Below are positions 55,890 through 64,000 of a stretch of DNA of 64,000 nucleotides, piece after piece (position 1 is the stretch's first letter; each line of letters starts with the position of its first letter). A program made the position numbers and the translations under genes. This DNA is from Thecamonas trahens ATCC 50062 (Eukaryota > Protista > Apusomonadida), in NCBI RefSeq assembly GCF_000142905.1, contig NW_013657621.1, positions 81,021-145,020 on the forward strand. The letters run 5' to 3'. The notes beneath the pieces were generated by a model, which was not told the DNA's origin, did not search any database, and was given only the letters and a program-made list of their open reading frames with translations.

Positions 55890-56113
55890 GGGGGGGGGGG
55901 TGAGTGTGGGCGTCACGTTGAGCAGGTGATGAGGTGGCGCGAGGGGGTGGGTATGGGCATGGAGGGACATACTCGGTGGATTCGACTGGGATCTTTGGGA
56001 GAACAAAGACAGAGGGTATGCGTCGTCGCATTGAGGGCAACATGATGTCGTCGTGTTCGTCGGAAGAGCCCCGAGGAGGGCTCGTACAGTCCGCCCGTCC
56101 GGGCAACGGCCAT
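52228..56113 (-). CDS. PH + RS-rich repeat + ELMO/FHOD-like (ubiquitin-like + ARM) + coiled-coil protein; exons 56113-55973 and 55824-52228
   Basis: GTATGT donor at 55972 and atAG acceptor at 55826-55825 (phase 0) rebuild a PH domain 'RTGGLYEPSSGLF...RIHR|VIPLKGASV...MADEPHEADAWRSAI'. A later segment reads 'LVGNALAHALTALARI'. Confidence 0.78.
54989..55572. repeat. In-frame coding minisatellite encoding (RS)nRGRDQG units
   Basis: About 17 units of GCCCTGATCCCGGCCAC(GACTGY)n. The variable part changes in steps of 6 nt, so the frame is preserved. Confidence 0.9.
55829..55888. repeat. Intronic (TATGGG)n hexamer repeat
   Basis: About 10 copies next to the acceptor, followed by poly-G. Confidence 0.9.
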
Positions 56114-56141
56114 CGCTTCGCCCGTCACGAGTCAGCTGGCG

Positions 56142-56446
56142 AGCCACCGCCACCGCCACCGCCATCGCCACCGCCACCGCCACCGCCACCGCCATCGCCA
56201 CCGCCACCGCCACCGCCACCGCCACCGCCACCGCCACCGCAACGGCACGGCAACGCAACGGCAACGCAACGGCAACGGCAACGGCACGGCATCGCCACCG
56301 CCATCGCCACCGCCACCGCCACCGCCATCGCCACCGCCACCGCCACCGCCATCGCCACCGCCATCGCCACCGCCACCGCCACCGCCATCGCCACCGCCAC
56401 CGCCACCGCCACCGCCATCGCCATCGCCACCGCCACCGCCACCGCC
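56142..56446. repeat. (GCCACC/GCCATC)n hexamer repeat
   Basis: Directly visible just upstream of the PH/RS gene start. Confidence 0.9.
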
Positions 56447-56782
56447 ACACACCGGCGGCTTCCTCGCGAAAATCGCCAGATATGCCCACATGCCGGCTAC
56501 TGATGCTGGCAGCCCGATGCTGACAGCCCGATGCTGGCCACTGGTGCTGGCTACTGGTGCTGGCAGCCCGATGCTGGCAGCCCGATGCTGGCAGCCCGAT
56601 GCTGGCTAGCTGGTGCTGATAATCATGATGCCCATGGTCTCATCTGCCACGACCGCCTCCCCCATCACCCATAATTCATGGCCATGCTCACCTCGATTGT
56701 CATCGTACGCGCATTGGAGACAATCGCGACGGACTCTGCCTCGTCGTTCCTGAACTTTTTATGTACAGCTCAATGATCTGTC

Positions 56783-57595
56783 TCACTTTGTGCTCTTCTC
56801 CGAGGCCGGCGCATTGTACGCTGGCGGAGGCTCGGACGGCAGCGGAGGCCCGGGCGGCGGTGGCGGTCCTGGTGGCGCCGATGGAGGCGGTGCACTCGAA
56901 GACGCCCCCGATTCACCGGCATTGTCAGACATCGGCTGTCCCACCGACGGCGCATACGGATTGAACGGCTGCGACTGAATCGGCTGCCCATACGGCTGCT
57001 GCGGCGGATAGGCGCGCTGCGGCTGGTAGGCACCCTGTGGCGGCGGCGGCGGCGGCGTCGGATCGTAGCTCGTGGCAGGTGCGGCGGAAAGCTCGGCGGC
57101 GCCACCCTCCTCCTCATCGTACTCGTACTCGTCCGCATCGGCGACGCTTCTGAGGCAGAGGCAGCAGGCGATGATCGAGCTGCTGATGACCATGACGGCA
57201 CCGAGAGCGAGGACATACGGCCCGTACGTCTTGGTCGTGCACCTTGACGAGTCATGGAAGAAGCTGTTCTTGTCGCATGGATTGCCCAAGCCACTATTGC
57301 CATGCGAGGTCATAATGATGCCACAAATCAGGACGGCGATGGAGGCGCAGAGACCGCATGACACGGCCCGTGCACGTGGTGAGCGGCAGCACACGATATC
57401 TTCGATCCTGCTGTCAGAACGGACAACCACCACCGGGGCTTGTCCACCAGCATAACCGAGGCCGCCACCGTAACGCTGCCGATGACGGTTCATGTACAAG
57501 CCAGTCCATCGTGCTCGCTTCTCTTGCCGTCTCTTCCGCTTCAGCCGCTTCTTCCTCATGCCGGTAGCTCGATCGACTCGCATCTTGGACACCAT
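56783..57595 (-). CDS. Two-TM Cys-rich membrane protein with a Pro-rich tail (copy 1)
   Basis: Basic N-terminus, TMs 'LCASIAVLICGIIM' and 'YVLALGAVMVISSSIIACCLCL', and a C-terminal PPPAY. Confidence 0.8.
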   Translation of the reverse strand: MVSKMRVDRATGMRKKRLKRKRRQEKRARWTGLYMNRHRQRYGGGLGYAGGQAPVVVVRSDSRIEDIVCCRSPRARAVSCGLCASIAVLICGIIMTSHGNSGLGNPCDKNSFFHDSSRCTTKTYGPYVLALGAVMVISSSIIACCLCLRSVADADEYEYDEEEGGAAELSAAPATSYDPTPPPPPPQGAYQPQRAYPPQQPYGQPIQSQPFNPYAPSVGQPMSDNAGESGASSSAPPPSAPPGPPPPPGPPLPSEPPPAYNAPASEKSTK

Positions 57596-58119
57596 GACGA
57601 AGTTGCTTCTCCTTTCCCTGCAATAGCGTTCCCGTTCTTTGCTTCCTCCGCTCGCCGCTTTGCCCGAGGTAGAGTTGAGTATGGCTCTTGCTTCTCTGTC
57701 CCTCTCTCCAAGCCTCTACAGCCCCTCTGCTGTCTCCGCCCAATTTTTTTGGGAGTTCATTCCGAGAACCCAATAACACGTTGTCGTCAATTGTTGTCGC
57801 AAATCAAATGTTATTTGACAACGATCAGCTGGCTACTGGTGCTGGCAGCCCGATGCTGGCAGCCCGATGCTGGCAGTCCGATGCTGGCTACTGGTGCTGG
57901 CAGCCCGATGCTGGCAGCCCGATGCTGGCAGCCCGATGCTGGCTAGCTGGTGCTGATAATCATGATGCCCATGGTCTCATCTGCCACGACCGCCTCCCCC
58001 ATCACCCATAATTCATGGCCATGCTCACCTCGATTGTCATCGTACGCGCATTGGAGACAATCGCGACGGACTCTGCCTCGTCGTTCCTGAACTTTTTATG
58101 TACAGCTCAATGATCTGTC

Positions 58120-58932
58120 TCACTTTGTGCTCTTCTCCGAGGCCGGCGCATTGTACGCTGGCGGAGGCTCGGACGGCAGCGGAGGCCCGGGCGGCGGTGG
58201 CGGTCCTGGTGGCGCCGATGGAGGCGGTGCACTCGAAGACGCCCCCGATTCACCGGCATTGTCAGACATCGGCTGTCCCACCGACGGCGCATACGGATTG
58301 AACGGCTGCGACTGAATCGGCTGCCCATACGGCTGCTGCGGCGGATAGGCGCGCTGCGGCTGGTAGGCACCCTGTGGCGGCGGCGGCGGCGGCGTCGGAT
58401 CGTAGCTCGTGGCAGGTGCGGCGGAAAGCTCGGCGGCGCCACCCTCCTCCTCATCGTACTCGTACTCGTCCGCATCGGCGACGCTTCTGAGGCAGAGGCA
58501 GCAGGCGATGATCGAGCTGCTGATGACCATGACGGCACCGAGAGCGAGGACATACGGCCCGTACGTCTTGGTCGTGCACCTTGACGAGTCATGGAAGAAG
58601 CTGTTCTTGTCGCATGGATTGCCCAAGCCACTATTGCCATGCGAGGTCATAATGATGCCACAAATCAGGACGGCGATGGAGGCGCAGAGACCGCATGACA
58701 CGGCCCGTGCACGTGGTGAGCGGCAGCACACGATGTCTTCGATCCTGCTGTCAGAACGGACAACCACCACCGGGGCTTGTCCACCAGCATAACCGAGGCC
58801 GCCACCGTAATGCTGCCGATGACGGTTCATGTACAAGCCAGTCCATCGTGCTCGCTTCTCTTGCCGTCTCTTCCGCTTCAGCCGTTTCTTCCTCATGCCG
58901 GTAGCTCGATCGACTCGCATCTTGGACACCAT
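58120..58932 (-). CDS. Two-TM Cys-rich membrane protein with a Pro-rich tail (copy 2)
   Basis: Identical to copy 1 except one R/H change (QRY vs QHY). Confidence 0.8.
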   Translation of the reverse strand: MVSKMRVDRATGMRKKRLKRKRRQEKRARWTGLYMNRHRQHYGGGLGYAGGQAPVVVVRSDSRIEDIVCCRSPRARAVSCGLCASIAVLICGIIMTSHGNSGLGNPCDKNSFFHDSSRCTTKTYGPYVLALGAVMVISSSIIACCLCLRSVADADEYEYDEEEGGAAELSAAPATSYDPTPPPPPPQGAYQPQRAYPPQQPYGQPIQSQPFNPYAPSVGQPMSDNAGESGASSSAPPPSAPPGPPPPPGPPLPSEPPPAYNAPASEKSTK

Positions 58933-59225
58933 GACGAAGTTGCTTCTCCTTTCCCTGCAATAGCGTTCCCGTTCTTTGCTTCCTCCGCTCGCCGCTTTGC
59001 CCGAGGTAGAGTTGAGTATGGCTCTTGCTTCTCTGTCCCTCTCTCCAAGCCTCTACAGCCCCTCTGCTGTCTCCGCCCAATTTTTTTGGGAGTTCATTCC
59101 GAGAACCCAATAACACGTTGTCGTCAATTGTTGTCGCAAATCAAATGTTATTTGACAACGATCAACCATAATGATGTGCGCGGTGCGGTGCGTTGAGGTG
59201 GGTTTGTTTCACAGAGTTATGTCGG

Positions 59226-62200
59226 CTACGACAGCAGGTCGGCGAGCTCATCCTCGGCCTCTTGCATGATAGCGTTGCGGCGGATGGTATCAAACTGGGT
59301 GTTGAGCTTGACCTTTTCGCGCTTGAGCGTCGAGTGGCCCATGCCTTCTAGGTCTGCCAGCTCGGCTGCGACGTCGGCGTCGACGTCGTCGTCGACGTCG
59401 ATGTTGAGCGACGACGAGGAGCCCTTGCGGAGGCTTGTACCGGCCGAGACCGGCGGCGAGCCAGTGAACGAGCCGGCCGGCGACGACGGGTGCGACGACG
59501 AGGCGTCGTCGAGAAGTGGCAGGTTCTGCAGCGAGCCCTTGGCCCGGATCCGCGAGAGCCGCTCCTGCGAGTCGGGTGGGAAGAGGGCGGCGTTGACCGA
59601 CTCCATGGCTTCGGCAAACTCAGCCGCTACCGCCGTCGAGCTCGAGGTCGGCCGCGGCGGGCCGGCGATTTTCCCGGCTGCGGCGGCCTCATTGAGGTCG
59701 ATGAGCTCGTCGTCGTCCGAGAGCGAGTCGGCCGTCACCGTCGGCGAGACGATTGGCGACTGGCCGGCAGTGCTCACCACCGACGAGACTAGCGGTGATG
59801 AGACAACTGGCGCGTACGACGGTCCGTGCACGTCGAGCCCGGCGCTCTCGAGCGCGTCGAGCTCGCGCTGTAGCGAGCTCGACGAGCCCGACATTGACCG
59901 CCGCACAACCTCGGCGTCGCGCGACGAGAGCGTCATCGAGTAGCACGAGACTTCGCGCCCGCGCGATGCGCGCGCTTTGGCGCGCTTCTCCTTGAGAATC
60001 ATTCGGTTCTTGGTCCGCCGGCGCGTCCGGTTGGCAAACGAGTTTTCAAACTCGGGCAGCGGCGGCGGCGCGGGCACGACCTGCGACGCCTCACCGCCGC
60101 GGATTGAGCCGACGCGCTCGTCGTCGTCGGCTAGCATACGGTGGACTTCATCGTCGTCAAACGACTCGACGCTCTGCCTCACGCCTACAAAGCCGAGCTC
60201 CGGCCCGAGCCCCAGGCCCTCGTACTCACCGGCTGCCAGGTCCTCCCGCCGCAGCATGCCGCAGTTGATGAGCGAGATGGTCGAGTCGCTTCGGTCGCGC
60301 CGCCCGAGCTGGATCTTGCCGTATGCCGAGCTGCCTGACGACCCGCGCCGCCGCGTCTCACCGCTGATCACCGCCTGGACCCGAGTGCCCTCGATCGACG
60401 TCGACAAGCTGGCCGAGTCAGACGCGCTTGCTTCCACCGTGGCGGCATCGGCTGCGTCGGAGTCGGCGGCTTTCCCGGCCCGGGCCAACCCGCGCTCGTT
60501 AGCGTCGAGCGTGTCGTCCATCATGGCAATGTCGTGGAGGAGCGTCTGCTTCTGGGCAGGATCCACGCTCTTGGCCGACGAGAACCGCGAGAGGTCGACC
60601 TGCGGGAGCGGAAACTGGAGCATGGTCTTGGAGGCGCCCACCGCGCGGAAGAGCTTGTGCAGGCCCGAGAACGAGAACTCGTTGTCGTCGGCCAGCAGCA
60701 GGACCATTGATGAGCTCGGCGACTGGACTGCCCGGGCCAGCGCGTATGCGCCTTGGTCGCCCAGCCCCATTCCGGAGACGTCGATCTCGGTGAGCGACGC
60801 CGAAGTCTCAAACGCGTTCAGCAGCGGGACGCAGGTCTCGTGCCCGAGCCGGTACTTGGAAGGTCCGCCCTGGAGTACAAACGACTCGAGCGGGACCATG
60901 TCGACCAGGGCCGCCAGCGCGTCGAGTGCGCCCGCATTGTCCTTGACCTTCACCTTGAGGTTGCGCGAGATTGAGAGGTACCGCAGCGACTCGACCGACT
61001 GCAGGGCGGTCGCCAGAATGCAGAGCGCAGACGGCGTGAGCGAGGCGTCCTCGAGCGAGAGCGAGTGCAGGTTCCGCGAGGTCATAAAGGCATCGGCGAG
61101 CACTGTTGGGCACGAACCGAGCGAGAGCCCGTCGAGCGTCAGAAGCGACGTCTTGCGTGTCGGCTGCGAGACCATGGCGAGGACTAGCTCGGAGAGGCCA
61201 GCCACCACCGTCGCCGTCGAGCCCTTGATGAACGACACATCCAGGTCCGTCACAGACGACGACGAGAGCGCAGCAGAGATTGCGTGCGCCGCCTTGGGCT
61301 TCACCTCGGTCTGAGAGATGTCGAGCGTGAGGAGCGCCCGCGTCGGGCTAGCCGCAGAGAGGCCCACCGCGAGTGCCTCCAGGTCGACTCCGGCGTTGCC
61401 CAGCAGCAGGGTAGAGAGCTTGTCCACGTTCCCACTCTCGAGGTACGAGACCAGCGCCTTGGTCCCGGCCTTGGAAATGCGGTTTTCCGAGAGGTTGAGC
61501 GCCTCAAGAGCGAGCGCAGGCGTGTTCTCCAGCCCGCTGAACAGCGCCACAATGGCTTGGTCGAGATGTTGCACATCGAGAGGTCGAGCGACCGCAGCGA
61601 CTCGCAGGTGAGGAGGCCGGCCACCAGTGCGTGCATGGCCTTGTTGTCGATGTGGTTGTTGGAGAGATTGACCACAGCCAGCGCCGAGCCTGCAAGCGAT
61701 CCCTCAAGCGCCCGCCCGACCTCCACAAAGCCGGCCCGTGCCCCGAGACTTGACGCCTGCAGCGTGTGCAGTGTCTCGTTGTAGCAAAATACAGGCGCGA
61801 GCGTGGTGAGCGCGTCGCGGCGGTCCAGGCCGTCGAGCTCCAATGCGCGGACGTAGCACGAGTGCGCGAGCGCCTTGGACAGCGCCTGCATGTTGAGGCC
61901 CTTGGGTGACGAGAGTGTCGAGAGGACAAGGGCAGCACCCTGGGGGCCCTCCATCGACTCGCCATCGGCATCCTCGTCGTCATCCGCCAGCGGGAAGCAG
62001 TGGCCGGCGATGAGGTTGGCCATCTTGGCGGCCAGCGCCGACGAGAGGCCCGAGTGTGTGGCGCACGCCGCGAGCGAGACTCGGAACGCCTCCTTGTCCT
62101 GGTCCACGCGTCGCTCGCTGGGGTGCGAGTCGAGGTGCTCCCACCGCGCCACAATCTCTCTCACCTTGGGGATCTTGACGTCGTCGAGGACCTCAACCCA

Positions 62201-62581
62201 CAGGCGCGCAGTCCGCGGCCATGACCGGGTCACCTCGTCGGTCGCTACCAGCAGCGCCGTCAGCAGCTCGTCAAGCGTCGCCGTCTCGAGCGTCACGTGG
62301 TCGACAGAGAGCGTCGGCGTGCCCATGACAAGCTGGAACGACGACGAAGTCGTGACCGAGGTGATGTCCAGAATGTGCACAAAGCGCTTGACGGAGAAGC
62401 CCTTGCGGCCGAGATCCTTGTGTACCGTCAGGTGATGGCCGGTCAGAGTCACCAGCCGCTCCTTCTCCTCATTGCTCTTCTTCTCCATAGCCCAGCCCAC
62501 ATACCGCAGAGTCGACTGTTCCTGCACCGCATACTCTCGCGCGTACACCCTGTCCGACTCTTCCAGCTCGCGGAACGCCAT
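59226..62581 (-). CDS. CARMIL/LRRC16-like protein (PH + LRR + low-complexity tail); frame break near 61563
   Basis: N-terminal PH-like 'ERLVTLTGHHLTVHK...VHILDITSV'; RI-like LRRs 'VVNLSNNHIDNKAM', 'LNLSENRISKAG' and 'EIDVSGMGLGDQGAYALARA'; degenerate CPI-like 'MGHSTLKREK'. Confidence 0.8.
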
Positions 62582-62631
62582 ACTATTCAGTTACAGCAAG
62601 TTGCCTTCCAGCAGCAGCAGTAGCACCTTGT

Positions 62632-62786
62632 GTGACCTTGTGATGTCGGGTGACCTTGTGATGTCGGGTGACCTTGTGATGTCGGGTGACCTTGTGATGT
62701 CGGGTGACCTTGTGATGTCGGGTGACCTTGTGATGTCGGGTGACCTTGTGATGTCGGGTGACCTTGTGATGTCGGGTGACCTTGTG
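62632..62786. repeat. 18-bp minisatellite, 8 perfect copies plus a partial (GTGACCTTGTGATGTCGG)
   Basis: Perfect period-18 array about 50 bp upstream of the CARMIL-like ATG. Confidence 0.95.
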
Positions 62787-64000
62787 TCGACCTTTTCAGC
62801 AGAAGTAGCTGGTCGTCGGTGACCGTGGCCTTAAGTAGTTACCAGGCACAAGCGGAAGCACTCGTTGGTTGTGGTGGGTGTGGGTGTGGTTGTGGTGGTT
62901 GTGGTTGTGGTGGTGGTGGTGGTGGTGGTGGTGGTGGTGGTGGTGGTGAGGAAGGCCCTTTTTGCCTGTCCGCCGTTTGCTCTTTCGCCACCGACCTGTC
63001 CTTTCCGTCCACGTCTACGTGAACAGGGGATGCACGACTTGGGTACGTGCGCGTTCGTGTACGTATGTATGTACGCGTGTGTGTATGGGTATACCTCTAT
63101 GAGCGTATGTATGTATGTGTGTATATTCGTGTGTATGCGTGTGTGTGTGTGTGTGTGTATGCGTGTGTGTATGCGTGTGTGTGTATGCGTGCGTGTGTGT
63201 TTGGTGACGGAACCCCCGACCTTGGTACTGGTGGGGGCGGTAACGGAGGGGGGGAGGGGGTGGGGGGGGGGTGGGGTGGTACTGGTACTGGTACTGGTAC
63301 TGGTGGTGTACGTTCTCCTCCCGGTAAGGGGTTGGGAGGGGGGGGGGGTTGGGAGGGGACGGTAGACGGTAGAGAGGTGTGTGTGCTGGGTCTGCGGTGC
63401 GTGGTCATTGTCTCGGTCTCGGTGCTGTTATGGTCGTCTCCCCCCTCCCCCTCCCACCCCCGCTCGCCCCATGTGTGTCGGTCAACACCGCCACCACCGG
63501 CACTGCCATCGGTTTGAAATGGAGGCTATCCATTGGCGCCATGTGCGGATTGCAAAAAAAATACATCGCCCAGAAATGGTGAGGCGTCATGGATGGACGA
63601 TGTTGCGGTTGATGGCAGGGGAGGTTTGCTTGAGATAGTAGGGGATGGTTTCTTGATGATAGGCTGGGGCAGGGGTGGGAGGCGACGACCGGTGGGTGGG
63701 GATGAGGAAGTGCTTGGGAGAGGCTATCCGTGGACAGGCCGTGCTGCACAGACGTGCGGGTAGGATGCAGGTGTGGCAGAGCTTGTGACATGTGGTGTGC
63801 AGATGCGGGGAATTTCGCTGCGTCTTATCCTCCGCACTGCCGCGTATGCGCATGATCTGCTCCCAGCACGAGGTAGAGAGGGAGATCACCATACAGTCTG
63901 ATGTGTGTGGTGGTGGTTTGCGGCTGGGGGTGGGATGAAAAGGGTGTGTGGCGTGTGTTGATGTGAAGGGACAACATGATGACTGACCGGAAATATGTGA

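Larger units (their letters stand above)
56491..59164. repeat. Tandem direct duplication, 1337-bp period
   Basis: 56545-57827 matches 57882-59164 with three substitutions seen (57398/58735, 57474/58811, 57548/58885). Each copy begins with a 14-bp GCTGGCAGCCCGAT array. Confidence 0.95.

Noticed and set aside
54840-56523. WR-, CD-, TA- and HR-repeat ORFs in alternative frames
   Set aside because: These are stop-free readings of hexamer-based repeats. Only the minus frame continuous with the PH domain is supported.
7117-61784. Many long antisense or overlapping ORFs (e.g. 7913-9508, 53372-54616, 59977-61314)
   Set aside because: These are shadow ORFs expected in high-GC coding DNA. They carry no motifs and mirror the real genes.
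40762-62786. CRISPR-like appearance of the 25-, 46-, 14- and 18-bp repeats
   Set aside because: The units are head-to-tail with no unique spacers, there are no cas genes, and the context is eukaryotic.
1-64000. Transposable elements or viral insertion
   Set aside because: No transposase, reverse transcriptase, integrase, capsid or terminal-repeat pair with target-site duplication was recognised.

Overview
This is GC-rich, gene-dense eukaryotic (protist) nuclear DNA with six N gaps. The compact layout, high GC3, gene content and 'LLADPRVDP'-type ankyrin genes resemble an apusomonad such as Thecamonas; that assignment is an inference. About 25 protein genes and one tRNA-Ser(TGA) are supported. 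Recognisable genes are a dual-specificity phosphatase, PLAC8-like, a VPS9 GEF, a circularly permuted Ras + Zn-finger + vWA protein (cpRas), CAF-1 p60, a large WD40 protein, mitoribosomal IGR/mS41, glutaminyl cyclase, FYVE-ARM, Sec13, polyprenol/5-alpha reductase, RPL9, an FG-GAP membrane protein, GPAT/DHAPAT, peptide deformylase, CARMIL-like, and several PH and ankyrin proteins. Four patterns stand out. (1) Nine in-gene frame breaks are all net -1 (one base missing), most likely a systematic sequencing undercall but testable against insertional editing or frameshifting. (2) Introns are confined to gene 5' ends and filled with simple repeats. (3) One protein has an unusual PH + RS-repeat + ELMO/FHOD-like architecture. 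(4) There is a near-identical 1337-bp tandem gene duplication and a hairpin-bearing 46-bp minisatellite. No transposase, CRISPR array or rRNA was seen. Domain calls come from motif recognition by eye, not database searches.
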